A model generated the notes under the pieces. The model searched no databases and was not told the origin of the DNA. It saw nothing but the letters and a program-made list of their open reading frames with translations. Shown here piece by piece: positions 18,581 through 27,370 of a stretch of DNA of 51,565 nt. Both the position numbers and the translations under genes were made by a program. Source of the DNA: Thermodesulfobacteriota bacterium (GTDB taxonomy: Bacteria; Desulfobacterota; Desulfobacteria; Desulfobacterales; SURF-7); NCBI GenBank assembly GCA_049320885.1, contig JBMORA010000059.1:1-51565 (forward strand), read 5' to 3'. Position 1 is the stretch's first letter; each line of letters starts with the position of its first letter.

Positions 18581-19438
18581 TCATTTCATCAGGCTTGCCC
18601 GGAGCATGGAAAACAGCCGTTCCAGCCGCTGTTCCGCGGCGAAAAGTTCGTCGGGGGACGCAATGGCCGAATCCAGTTCCCGGAGGATGTCTTCATACCG
18701 GGAGACGGGAATCGCTTCCCCTGTCCGCTGCACGGGCGGCCTGTCATATTCACCATTCTCGAAGAAATAATTGCAGGGGCCCGGCGCATCCGCTCGCCGG
18801 TGGGGCCAGTTCATTTTCAGGGCGGCGAATTCCTGAAACAAGCCGGCCGCTTGCGATGCCGGGGGAAAGTCCTCCTGCCGGACGGGCCGCTGGAGACGGT
18901 TCTCGAGTTCCTGAAAGAATGCCGCGAGCAGCTTCCGTTCGGTGACGATCAGTCCGAAAGGATGCCAGTGGTCCATCGAAGCGCGCAGGATTTCCAGTTG
19001 AACCGCGGGCAAATGGCGGTACGTGGGGCAGAAATAGGTGCGGCAGGCCATGCCGCCGTAATAACTGAGGCCGCGCCAGTCCACCCCGTTGTTGCCCGGA
19101 GCGGCCGGATGCAGCAGGCAGCCCACGCAGCCGGAAGCACCGCCGATCATCCCCAGAAACGGGCAATGGTGGAACCGGGGGAAAGGTCGATCCGGGGCGG
19201 TCCAGCCCTCGATTTTCATCCGGAAATCGTCGATGCCTGTAACGGTCCGGGGAACCCCGGCGAAGATTTCGGTCCGCCGGATGAGCATCTTCTCCAGGGC
19301 GTTGCGGGAGGGATCGGGGACATTGTACAAGCCGCAGCAGGCTCCGCAGGAAATGTTTGAACGGACCTGGCAAAGATAAACGTCCATGGTGTTTCCAGGG
19401 GCATGTTGGTTCAATTCGTTTTCCGGTTGCATGGTCAT
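18581..19438 (-). CDS. Cys-rich hypothetical protein, possibly metal or Fe-S binding
   Basis: SCGACCGLYN, HHCPFLG, VGCLLHP and ACRTYFCP; the start codon is uncertain. Confidence 0.75.
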   Translation of the reverse strand: MTMQPENELNQHAPGNTMDVYLCQVRSNISCGACCGLYNVPDPSRNALEKMLIRRTEIFAGVPRTVTGIDDFRMKIEGWTAPDRPFPRFHHCPFLGMIGGASGCVGCLLHPAAPGNNGVDWRGLSYYGGMACRTYFCPTYRHLPAVQLEILRASMDHWHPFGLIVTERKLLAAFFQELENRLQRPVRQEDFPPASQAAGLFQEFAALKMNWPHRRADAPGPCNYFFENGEYDRPPVQRTGEAIPVSRYEDILRELDSAIASPDELFAAEQRLERLFSMLRASLMK

Positions 19439-19529
19439 CCCGCAGTTGCCGATTCTTTTTGAAAAGCCAGCCTATATCATGAAACCTTCCCCGGGTACAG
19501 CCGCATTTCCCTGTTTGTCTCCCGGTTGG

Positions 19530-19576
19530 TTTTATTTGCGTAATGCAAATAAAATGTTTGCGTAATGCAAATAAAA
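19530..19576. promoter_or_regulatory. Tandem palindromic operator, probably bound by the adjacent MarR protein
   Basis: TTTTATTTGC-N5-GCAAATAAAA (19530-19554). The 20-mer TTTGCGTAATGCAAATAAAA occurs at 19535 and again at 19557. Confidence 0.75.
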
Positions 19577-19611
19577 ATGATAGGGGTGTACAACCTTCGG
19601 AAAGGATGCGC

Positions 19612-20103
19612 ATGAAGATCGCGGAAAGCCGGGAAGAAATCGATGAAGTCTTGTTTCGGGCGCTACGGGCGGTTTTTCAGTTTGAACGCCTGAAAGTCGC
19701 CTTGTTCGGCCTGACATTTGAAGAAATTTATCTGCTGCAGTTTCTGCGCCGGAAATCTCCCAGCCGGGTGGGTGACATCGCCGCGGAGATGAAAACGCCC
19801 ATCAGCACCCTTTCCAGAACCATCGGGCGGCTGCAAAAAAGAGGTCTGGTATCGCGCAGGCAGGATTCCGGGGACAAACGGGTCATCCTGGTGTCCCTGC
19901 CGGACAAGGGCAGACGGATGGTCATGGAAGTGGAAACCCACTCGTTCGAGTTGATTACCAGAAACATGGAAGCGTTCGGCCGGGATGACATCCAGGCCTT
20001 TATCCAAACGGCGGACGCGCTGGAAATGATTCTGCGGCCGGAGCCGCAAGAATTCATGCAATCAAATGGCAAGGACAAGCGTCGTGAAAGAGAGGAAACA
20101 TGA
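19612..20103 (+). CDS. MarR family transcriptional regulator
   Basis: STLSRTIGRLQKRGLVSRRQDSGDKRVILVSL winged-helix motif; start at 19606 or 19612. Confidence 0.9.
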   Translation: MKIAESREEIDEVLFRALRAVFQFERLKVALFGLTFEEIYLLQFLRRKSPSRVGDIAAEMKTPISTLSRTIGRLQKRGLVSRRQDSGDKRVILVSLPDKGRRMVMEVETHSFELITRNMEAFGRDDIQAFIQTADALEMILRPEPQEFMQSNGKDKRREREET

Positions 20104-20927
20104 AAAGACTGAATGGAAAGACGGCCGTCGTGACCGGCGCGGCCATGGGCATGGGAAGATGCATCGCCGGCATGCTGATGGGCGAGGGGTGCAAGGTGGC
20201 GCTGCTGGATGTGAACCGAAAGGCCCTGGATGAAACCCGGGAAGCCTTCAAGGACTTGGGGCATTGCGAAGGATTCGTCTGCGACGTGTCGGACCGCGAG
20301 GCGGTGTATGCAACCGCGGCCTCGGTCAGGAATGCCCTGGGACCGGTATCCGTGCTGGTCAATAATGCCGGCATCGTGAGGGCCCGGGAATTGCTGGAGC
20401 TGGATGATGCCGCCATCGAGAAGACCATCAACATCAACCTGACATCCATGTTCTGGACCTGCAAGGCCTATCTTCCCGACATGATTTCGCGGAACGAAGG
20501 CCACGTCGTCAATATGGCCTCGGCCGGGGGAATTCTGGCCATTCCCAACCTGTCGGCCTATTGCGCCAGTAAATTCGGCGTGATCGGATTTTCGGACGCC
20601 CTGCGCCAGGAAATGAGCAAGAAGAAAACCAACGTCGGGGTCACTTTCGTCTGCCCCAACACCGTGAATACCGGGATGTTCGACGGCTCCAAGATGGTGG
20701 CCGGGACCACGTTGCTGTCGGCGGAGAAGGTGGCGGCCGAGGTGATCAAGGCGATCAAGAAAAACAAGGCCATGGTGGCGGTTCCGAACATACCGGTTAA
20801 AATCATGACCCCCCTGTCGAAGCTGCTGATGCCCATCAAGATCATGGATTTGATGAACCGGATGCTCGGCATGTGGAAGGCGAATGATACCTGGACCGGC
20901 AGAAACACTTCGGAGAAAGGAGCATAA
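20100..20927 (+). CDS. Short-chain dehydrogenase/reductase, resembling the 17beta-HSD11/retinol dehydrogenase subgroup
   Basis: TGAAMGMG, LVNNAG, catalytic YCASK and VNTGMF; ATGA overlap with marR. Confidence 0.92.
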   Translation: MKRLNGKTAVVTGAAMGMGRCIAGMLMGEGCKVALLDVNRKALDETREAFKDLGHCEGFVCDVSDREAVYATAASVRNALGPVSVLVNNAGIVRARELLELDDAAIEKTININLTSMFWTCKAYLPDMISRNEGHVVNMASAGGILAIPNLSAYCASKFGVIGFSDALRQEMSKKKTNVGVTFVCPNTVNTGMFDGSKMVAGTTLLSAEKVAAEVIKAIKKNKAMVAVPNIPVKIMTPLSKLLMPIKIMDLMNRMLGMWKANDTWTGRNTSEKGA

Positions 20928-20928
20928 G

Positions 20929-21537
20929 ATGCAGGCGATTACAAAAGGGGTCATCAATCTGGTGCTGAACGGGTTTTCCGGCTGGGGCCTTTCGACCATG
21001 AGCGAGATTCTGCAAGTCCGTTCGGAGGAGGCCACCGTGGAAGATGTCCGCAGACTGGGCCGCTCCCAGCTGTTTCAGTTGTATCATGCCGCCGAGGTCC
21101 CTGATTTTGAAGCCATGAAAGGGGAGTATCGGGCGGAAGTGCTGCCGGTGGGCCCGTTTGCGTTTGTGGCCGATTTTTATACCCATAAGATGTTCGGCCC
21201 GGGGCGCTGGTTGGGCAAGGCCTTCCACCCGTTGCTGAAAACCTCCGGCTGGGGATACAATATTTTTGCCGGGAAAAAAGGCGGCGACATCTTCCGCACC
21301 TGCCGGATGAATACTTTCCTGGGTCTTTCCAACATGGATGACCGGGATGCCTTCCATTTGGATTACAGTCCCTGGAACGGATTCCTCAACTACACCATGC
21401 ACGATGAAATCCGGAAGATCAATGACCGGCTGTATCTCGGCATGGGTTATATGAGCGCCGGGGGCGGCCCGCTCAACCCGGCGCCGTTTCTGGTGTTTGG
21501 AGAGCCCACCCATTGGGTGGGGCCGGACAAGGATTGA
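20929..21537 (+). CDS. Hypothetical protein, probably beta-rich
   Basis: AGGAG RBS, coupled to the SDR stop codon; motifs GEYRA, WLGKAF, GYNIF and DEIR..LYLG. Confidence 0.75.
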   Translation: MQAITKGVINLVLNGFSGWGLSTMSEILQVRSEEATVEDVRRLGRSQLFQLYHAAEVPDFEAMKGEYRAEVLPVGPFAFVADFYTHKMFGPGRWLGKAFHPLLKTSGWGYNIFAGKKGGDIFRTCRMNTFLGLSNMDDRDAFHLDYSPWNGFLNYTMHDEIRKINDRLYLGMGYMSAGGGPLNPAPFLVFGEPTHWVGPDKD

Positions 21538-21554
21538 TGGACAAGGATTGATGG
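21525..21554. repeat. 14-bp perfect tandem duplication
   Basis: GGACAAGGATTGAT x2 plus GG, spanning the stop codon at 21535-21537. Confidence 0.9.
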
Positions 21555-21556
21555 TG

Positions 21557-21585
21557 TTGACATTCGGTCCCGGGCAGGCCATAGT
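21557..21585 (+). promoter_or_regulatory. Possible sigma70 promoter
   Basis: TTGACA - 17 nt - CATAGT upstream of the CDS at 21690. Confidence 0.45.
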
Positions 21586-21689
21586 TCCTCCTATGCGGCG
21601 CAATGGCCTGCTCATCAAGGCGTCGGCGGCTGGAAGATGCATGTTGAGCACAGCATATCGAGAACGTTTACATGGCAGGGAGGAACGGC

Positions 21690-22238
21690 ATGCGGAATGT
21701 AAAAGGATCGATCATGTTGCCCTGGGTGAAAACCATTAAAGCCAACAAGACCGGGGCCTACAACCAGTATCTGACGGAAAAGGACCGGGAAACGATTTCC
21801 AAGCTGATTCTGCCGTCATCCTGGTACGATTTTGAAACCTATAAAAACTGTTTCAACGCCGTGGTGGCGGTGGAAGCAAAGGGAGCTGTCGAGGTCTGCC
21901 GCGACTGGGGAAGAGCCTACAGCGATGTGATCATGTCCTCGGTCTACAAACGGGCGATTAAAAAAGGCGACCCCAGGGCGGCCATGGACCAGTTCACCTT
22001 CGTGTTCAAGAGCATGTTCAATTTCGGCAAGGTGGTCAGCGAATTTGTTTCGGATCGTGAAATGATCGTCACCATCGAGGAGTTCGATCCCCATGTGGAG
22101 GCCTGGTATTATGTGACCCGCGGTTGGCTGGAACGGTTCATCGAGCTGTGCCTGGATAAAAAAGTGACCTCGGAGTTTGTGAGCAAATCCTGGCGGGGTG
22201 ATCCGGTGACGGCCATCAAGGCGGCCTGGTCCGTCTGA
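21690..22238 (+). CDS. Hypothetical protein, DUF2378/TIGR02265-like
   Basis: GGGAGG RBS; the pattern VKGS...ILPSSWY...WGR...GWLERFIEL resembles this family. Confidence 0.65.
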   Translation: MRNVKGSIMLPWVKTIKANKTGAYNQYLTEKDRETISKLILPSSWYDFETYKNCFNAVVAVEAKGAVEVCRDWGRAYSDVIMSSVYKRAIKKGDPRAAMDQFTFVFKSMFNFGKVVSEFVSDREMIVTIEEFDPHVEAWYYVTRGWLERFIELCLDKKVTSEFVSKSWRGDPVTAIKAAWSV

Positions 22239-22253
22239 TACGGATGCCCTTGC

Positions 22254-23276
22254 TCAGCCGCCGATGGCGGACATATGGCCTGCGATGGGCTTGGTCGTCT
22301 CCGGGGTCAGGCCGTGGCCTTGGGGTTTCTTGGCCACGGCCGATAACATCAGTTCCACAAGACGGCTGTCGGTGCATCCAGCCCGCATCGGCTCCTTTAG
22401 ATCCGTCTGCTCATCCGACAGCAGACAGGCCCGGATACGTCCGCTGGCCGTGAGCCTCAGCCGATTGCACGCTTCGCAGAAATGGTTGCTCAGCGGGCTG
22501 ATAAACCCGATTTCTCCCCGGGCGTTCTGAAACCGGTACCGCCGGGCCGGACCGTCGTTTGCGCTGTTGCGAACCGGGGTCAGAGGTCCCAGGGTTTTCT
22601 CCAGTGTTTGCTTGATTTCACCGGCCAACAGCGGAGGATCCGGGTGGATGCCCAGGCCGCCGATGGGCATTTGCTCGATAAAGCGGATATGGAACGGGTA
22701 GGCGAATGACAATTGCCCCAGGCGCGACAACTCGTGATCGTTGATGCCCTTCAGCGCCACCACATTCAGTTTGATGGGGAAGAACCCGGCTTCATGGGCG
22801 GCCAGAATTCCTTCCCAGACCTTTTGAAAAACAGGATGCCCGGTGATGCGATGATACGTGGATGCGTCCAGGGTGTCCAGGCTGACATTGAGCCGCCGAA
22901 CCCCGGCGGTCTTCAGTCTTTCGACATTTTCCTTCAGCAGCAGGCCGTTGGTGGTCAACGCCAGGTCCGTAATTCCGTTGATCGCCGATAATCGGGCAAG
23001 GAATTCATACACTCCCTTGCGCATCAACGGTTCTCCGCCGGTGACGCGGATTTTGGAAATCCCCAGTCCCACGGCGATCCTCACCACGCGCAGGATTTCC
23101 TCGTACCGCAGGATATCCACATGGGTGAGCTTGGGAATCCGGTCGGTGGGCATGCAATACAGGCAATTCAGGTTGCATCGGTCGGTTATGGAAATGCGCA
23201 GGTAGTTAAGTCGCCGGTCGAAACCGTCCACCAGTCCATCCGGTTTCGATATCTTCCGGGATTCGAGGGAATTCAT
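22254..23276 (-). CDS. moaA: GTP 3',8-cyclase (Mo/W cofactor biosynthesis)
   Basis: YLRISITDRCNLNCLYC, TGGEP, FCEACNRLRLTASG..C and C-terminal MSAIGG; the probable start is ATG 23276. Confidence 0.96.
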   Translation of the reverse strand: MNSLESRKISKPDGLVDGFDRRLNYLRISITDRCNLNCLYCMPTDRIPKLTHVDILRYEEILRVVRIAVGLGISKIRVTGGEPLMRKGVYEFLARLSAINGITDLALTTNGLLLKENVERLKTAGVRRLNVSLDTLDASTYHRITGHPVFQKVWEGILAAHEAGFFPIKLNVVALKGINDHELSRLGQLSFAYPFHIRFIEQMPIGGLGIHPDPPLLAGEIKQTLEKTLGPLTPVRNSANDGPARRYRFQNARGEIGFISPLSNHFCEACNRLRLTASGRIRACLLSDEQTDLKEPMRAGCTDSRLVELMLSAVAKKPQGHGLTPETTKPIAGHMSAIGG

Positions 23277-23360
23277 ATCCAGAAAGGCCGCCTGTCCTAA
23301 TTGATATTCATATTCGGGCTCATCGCTCCTGGATAATTCCGATTTTTCAGGAGTAACAGG

Positions 23361-23390
23361 AATGTAACCCAGGAGTTGTCCCCAGGTCAA
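23361..23390 (-). promoter_or_regulatory. Possible sigma70 promoter for moaA
   Basis: Minus strand: TTGACC - 18 nt - TACATT. Confidence 0.35.
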
Positions 23391-23419
23391 TCTTTCTTTC
23401 TGCATCTTTCTTTCTGCAT
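23390..23419. repeat. 14-bp perfect tandem duplication
   Basis: ATCTTTCTTTCTGC x2 plus AT in the moaA-nuoA intergenic region. Confidence 0.9.
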
Positions 23420-23554
23420 ATTTGGATCTTGACATTTGACGTCTGTTTCACTATCAGTGTCCTTTCCGTCGGTTCCGCGGCGCCGGTGTGCCGCCGTTCG
23501 CCAGCGGCCATGGGGAGCCGAGCGGGAAGGTAACCTGCTGTCTAAACAATACTG

Positions 23555-23583
23555 TTGACACCCGGGGAACCTTTGCATATACT
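23555..23583 (+). promoter_or_regulatory. Sigma70 promoter of the nuo-fdh operon
   Basis: TTGACA (23555-23560) - 17 nt - TATACT (23578-23583), about 60 nt upstream of nuoA. Confidence 0.75.
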
Positions 23584-23644
23584 CCGCCCCGGTAAAAATG
23601 GGGTGGGCTTCGCTTATTATCAACCCGCAAAGCGGACAGGATGC

Positions 23645-23998
23645 ATGAACGAGTATATTCCGGTACTGATGATGATTTTTTTGGCGGCGGCCACGGCTGC
23701 TGGCATGATCGTCGCCACCACGTTGATCGGCCCCAAAAAGAAATTCGCGGACAAGATGGAGCCGTTCGAATGCGGCGAAAGTCAGATCGTGTCCCCCAAA
23801 CAGCGGTTTTCCATTAAATTTTATCTGGTAGCGCTTTTTTTCGTGATCTTCGACATTGAAGCGGTTTTTGTATATCCGTGGGCCGTGCTTTTCAAGGAGC
23901 TGGGGATGTTCGGTTTCATTGAAATGCTGGTGTTCATATCCATACTGGCCGTCGGCCTGATTTACGTCTGGAGAAGGGGAGCGTTGGAATGGGAGTAA
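23645..23998 (+). CDS. nuoA: Complex I subunit A
   Basis: PFECGE, FYLVALFFVIFDIEAVFVYPW and RRGALEWE. Confidence 0.95.
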   Translation: MNEYIPVLMMIFLAAATAAGMIVATTLIGPKKKFADKMEPFECGESQIVSPKQRFSIKFYLVALFFVIFDIEAVFVYPWAVLFKELGMFGFIEMLVFISILAVGLIYVWRRGALEWE

Positions 23999-24558
23999 AA
24001 CGTCAAGGGACCTTGGTTTCTCCGGACCTGCCGGGAAGGATTGCGGATTCCGCCGATCCGATGCGGCTGCTGGGCGATAGCGTCATCATGACCACCGTGC
24101 AGTCCGTGGTGAACTGGAGCAGAAAATATTCCTTTTTTCTCTATCCCTTCGTCACGGCCTGCTGCGGAATGGAGTTCATGTCCGTGGCCGGACCGAGATA
24201 CGATCTTGACAGATTCGGCGCGGCGTTGCCCCGATTTTCTCCAAGACAGGCCGACCTCATGATGGTGGTGGGCACCATCAGCCATAAGCAGGCGCCCATC
24301 CTGGTGAAGGTGTATAATCAGATGGCCGAACCCAAATGGGTTTTCGCCTTCGGCGTCTGCGCCGTATCGGGAGGCTTTTACGACAATTACGCCACGGTTC
24401 AGGGCATTGATACCCTGATACCGGTGGATGTGTATGTCCCGGGGTGTCCGCCGCGTCCGGAAATGGTGATCGACGGCCTGCTGAAACTCCAGGAAAAGGT
24501 CGCGAAGGAAAAATGGTCGGATTGGCCCAAAGGCGCGTCGCCGGTAAGCAAATGCTAA
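23989..24558 (+). CDS. nuoB: Complex I subunit B (N2 cluster)
   Basis: TACCGMEF with tandem Cys, SPRQAD, GVCA and PGCPPRPE; ATGGGAGTAA overlap with nuoA. Confidence 0.95.
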   Translation: MGVKRQGTLVSPDLPGRIADSADPMRLLGDSVIMTTVQSVVNWSRKYSFFLYPFVTACCGMEFMSVAGPRYDLDRFGAALPRFSPRQADLMMVVGTISHKQAPILVKVYNQMAEPKWVFAFGVCAVSGGFYDNYATVQGIDTLIPVDVYVPGCPPRPEMVIDGLLKLQEKVAKEKWSDWPKGASPVSKC

Positions 24559-24592
24559 CAAACCTATTTGAAACCATGTGAAGTGTTCGGTT

Positions 24593-25075
24593 ATGGATGC
24601 CAGCGTGACTCTGAAAAAACTGACAGACCGATTCCCCGAATCGATTCTCGAGACCCATTCCCACCGGGGGGATGACACCGCGATTGTAAGGAAGGAAGAC
24701 ATCCTGAAAATCTGCCTGTTTTTACGGGATGATGAAACCCTGCTTTTCAACTTCATGATGGATCTGACCGCCGTGGATTACATCGGCAGGGAGCCGCGAT
24801 TCGAAGTCGTGTATCATCTCTACTCCCTCCGCCATAATCAGCGGGTGCGGATCAAGGCGGGCGTTCCGGAATCCGATTGCGCCATCGATTCGGTGGTATC
24901 CATATGGCCCGGCGCCAATTGGTTTGAGCGGGAAGCTTTCGATATGTACGGAATCACTTTCAAGGGCCATCCCGAGTTGAGGCGGATTCTCCTGTATGAA
25001 GGATTCGAGGGACATCCCCTGAGAAAAGACTACCCGATAAAGAAACGGCAGCCCCTGATCGGGCCCATCAATTAA
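24593..25075 (+). CDS. nuoC: Complex I subunit C
   Basis: DLTAVDY, RFEVVYHL, ANWFEREAFDMYGI and GHPLRKDYP; start at 24593 or 24578. Confidence 0.95.
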   Translation: MDASVTLKKLTDRFPESILETHSHRGDDTAIVRKEDILKICLFLRDDETLLFNFMMDLTAVDYIGREPRFEVVYHLYSLRHNQRVRIKAGVPESDCAIDSVVSIWPGANWFEREAFDMYGITFKGHPELRRILLYEGFEGHPLRKDYPIKKRQPLIGPIN

Positions 25076-25106
25076 CCCAATACTCCAGTGAGCCATTGTT
25101 TGCGTC

Positions 25107-26297
25107 ATGTCTGATATAACAAAAGATCTTCATACCGAGCACATGGTGATCAACATGGGGCCGTCGCATCCGGTAACCCATGGGACGGTCAAATTTTTAG
25201 CGACCCTGGATGGAGAAACCATCGTGGATTTGAAGGTGGATATCGGGTATCTCCATCGCGGGTTCGAAAAAATGTGCGAAAACGGCACCTGGCAGCAGGT
25301 GATACCGTATACCGACCGGCTGAATTACGTTTCCCCCCTGATCAACAACGTGGGCTATGCCCTGGCCGTGGAAAAACTGATCGGCGTCGAGGCGCCCGAG
25401 CGTTGCCAATACATCCGTGTCATTGCCTGTGAACTTTCCCGCATCTCCGACCATTTCACCAATATCGCCGCGGGCGGCCTGGAACTCGGCGCGTTCACAG
25501 CCTTTCTGTATTTTGTCGAAGCGCGGGAACTTATTTACGACCTGATCGAAATGCTGTGCGGCGCCCGCGTCACCGCCAACTATGTCCGGATCGGCGGACT
25601 GAAGAACGATCTTCCCGGGGACTTCAAGGAAAAAACAGCGGAAGTGTTCAAGATAATTCGCGGTCTATGGGTGGATGTGGACAAGCTGCTGACGAAGAAC
25701 CGGATTTTCATCGACCGGGTCAAAGATGTGGGCCTCATGCCGCCGGATGAGGCCATTGCGCTGGGATTCACCGGCCCCTGTCTCAGGGCCTGCGGGGTGC
25801 CCTATGACGTCCGGAAGGCCCACCCCTACCTGATTTACGACCGCCTGGATTTCGAGGTCCCCATCGGTGAAACAGGCGACAACTATGACAAATACCTGGT
25901 GCGAATGGAAGAGATACAGCAAAGCCTGCGGCTTGTCGAGCAGGCGCTTGATCAGCTTCCCGACGGCCCGATAAACCTGGACATGCCCCAATACAGATGG
26001 CAGTCAAAGGATGATGTCTACAACAGAATCGATTCGTTGATTTTTCATTTCAAGACGGTCATTGAAGGCATCAAGCCGCCTCCGGGGGAAATTTATTCCG
26101 CCGTTGAGGGAGCCAACGGTGAACTCGGGTTTTATCTGGTGAGCGATGGAAGCGGCAAGCCCTACAAGTGCAGGGTGAGACCACCGTGTTTTCCCTTAAC
26201 CGCGGCAATGCCCAGGATGATGAAGGGGCGGCTCATCGCCGATATCGTCCCCACTTTCGACATGATCAACATGATCGGCGGAGAATGCGATAGATAA
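25107..26297 (+). CDS. nuoD: Complex I subunit D (quinone binding)
   Basis: NMGPSHPVTHG, GYLHRGFEK, DRLNY and GECDR; no NiFe-binding CxxC pairs. Confidence 0.95.
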   Translation: MSDITKDLHTEHMVINMGPSHPVTHGTVKFLATLDGETIVDLKVDIGYLHRGFEKMCENGTWQQVIPYTDRLNYVSPLINNVGYALAVEKLIGVEAPERCQYIRVIACELSRISDHFTNIAAGGLELGAFTAFLYFVEARELIYDLIEMLCGARVTANYVRIGGLKNDLPGDFKEKTAEVFKIIRGLWVDVDKLLTKNRIFIDRVKDVGLMPPDEAIALGFTGPCLRACGVPYDVRKAHPYLIYDRLDFEVPIGETGDNYDKYLVRMEEIQQSLRLVEQALDQLPDGPINLDMPQYRWQSKDDVYNRIDSLIFHFKTVIEGIKPPPGEIYSAVEGANGELGFYLVSDGSGKPYKCRVRPPCFPLTAAMPRMMKGRLIADIVPTFDMINMIGGECDR

Positions 26298-26299
26298 CC

Positions 26300-27370
26300 A
26301 TGCTTGCAGATCTCATCGAGTCCGTAGCAAAAATTGTATTTATTTTCGGCGTGAATATTGGATTTTTCGCCCCGGTGCTGGGATGGGTGGAAAGAAAACA
26401 AAGCGCGGTGATGCAGGACCGGATCGGCGCCAACCGGGCTGATATCCTCGGGTTCACCGTCATCGGCCTGTTTCACTCCATTGCCGACGCCGTCAAGGTT
26501 CTCACCAAGGAAGATTTTATTCCCAGCGGCGCCAATAAAGTCTTCCATACCATGGCGCCTTTCATCAGCCTGGTGCCCGCCATCGTGACCTTCACCGTCA
26601 TCCCGTTCGGCGGGCGGTACACCCTGTTCGGCCATGACGTCAACTTGGTCATCGCCGATCTGGATGTGGGCATCCTGTTCATCTTCGCTTTTTCCTCCCT
26701 GGCCACCTACGGCGCGGTCCTCGGTGGATGGTCCTCCAACAACAACTGGTCCTTGCTGGGTGGATTGCGGGCCTCGGCCCAGATGCTTTCCTACGAAGTG
26801 GCCATGGGACTCACCATCATCGGCGTCCTCATGGTGTATGGTTCGTTGAAACTAACCGAGATCGGCGCCATGCAGGAGAATTTTTTCCGCTGGGGGATAT
26901 TCATGCAGCCGGTGGGGTTCATCCTCTTTCTGACCTGCGCCATCGCCGAAAACAAGCGGGCGCCGTTCGATGTCCCCGAGGCGGAGTCCGAGCTCGTGGC
27001 CGGTTATTTCACCGAATACAGCGGCATGAAATTCGTCATGTTCTGGATGGGTGAATTCCTGGAGATCGTGACCATCAGCGGTATCGTGACCACCCTGTTT
27101 TTCGGGGCCTGGCATCTGCCCTTCGTCAGCGACCGGATGCTGCTGTCCTACTTCCAGTTCGCGGGCCCCAACGGGGCCGGGGTGCTGGCGATGCTCGTCA
27201 ACATCGCCGTGTTCTTTGCAAAGGTCATTTTCTTCATATGGCTGCAGATGACGGTGCGCTGGACCCTGCCGCGTTTCCGATATGATCAGGTCATGAAATT
27301 GTGCTGGAAGATGATTCTGCCGATTTCACTCATCAATATTATCATTACCGGGCTGGTTCTTTTGATATGA
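26300..27370 (+). CDS. nuoH: Complex I subunit H
   Basis: ERK..A.MQDRIG, AQMLSYE, RAPFDVPEAESELVAGYFTEYSG and PRFRYDQ. Confidence 0.96.
   Translation: MLADLIESVAKIVFIFGVNIGFFAPVLGWVERKQSAVMQDRIGANRADILGFTVIGLFHSIADAVKVLTKEDFIPSGANKVFHTMAPFISLVPAIVTFTVIPFGGRYTLFGHDVNLVIADLDVGILFIFAFSSLATYGAVLGGWSSNNNWSLLGGLRASAQMLSYEVAMGLTIIGVLMVYGSLKLTEIGAMQENFFRWGIFMQPVGFILFLTCAIAENKRAPFDVPEAESELVAGYFTEYSGMKFVMFWMGEFLEIVTISGIVTTLFFGAWHLPFVSDRMLLSYFQFAGPNGAGVLAMLVNIAVFFAKVIFFIWLQMTVRWTLPRFRYDQVMKLCWKMILPISLINIIITGLVLLI

Noticed and set aside
23277..23550. Moco/Wco riboswitch upstream of moaA, and a 53-aa N-terminal extension of MoaA
   Set aside because: Only a GGAAAGG-like fragment matches and I could not build the conserved multi-stem structure; an Infernal/Rfam search would settle it. 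The extension crosses a tandem duplication and a candidate promoter, so it is probably non-coding.
23989..26297. Group 4 [NiFe]-hydrogenase / formate hydrogenlyase interpretation
   Set aside because: The large subunit lacks both Ni-binding CxxC motifs and has quinone-site residues, the small subunit has the tandem CC of NuoB, and nuoA/J/K are present.
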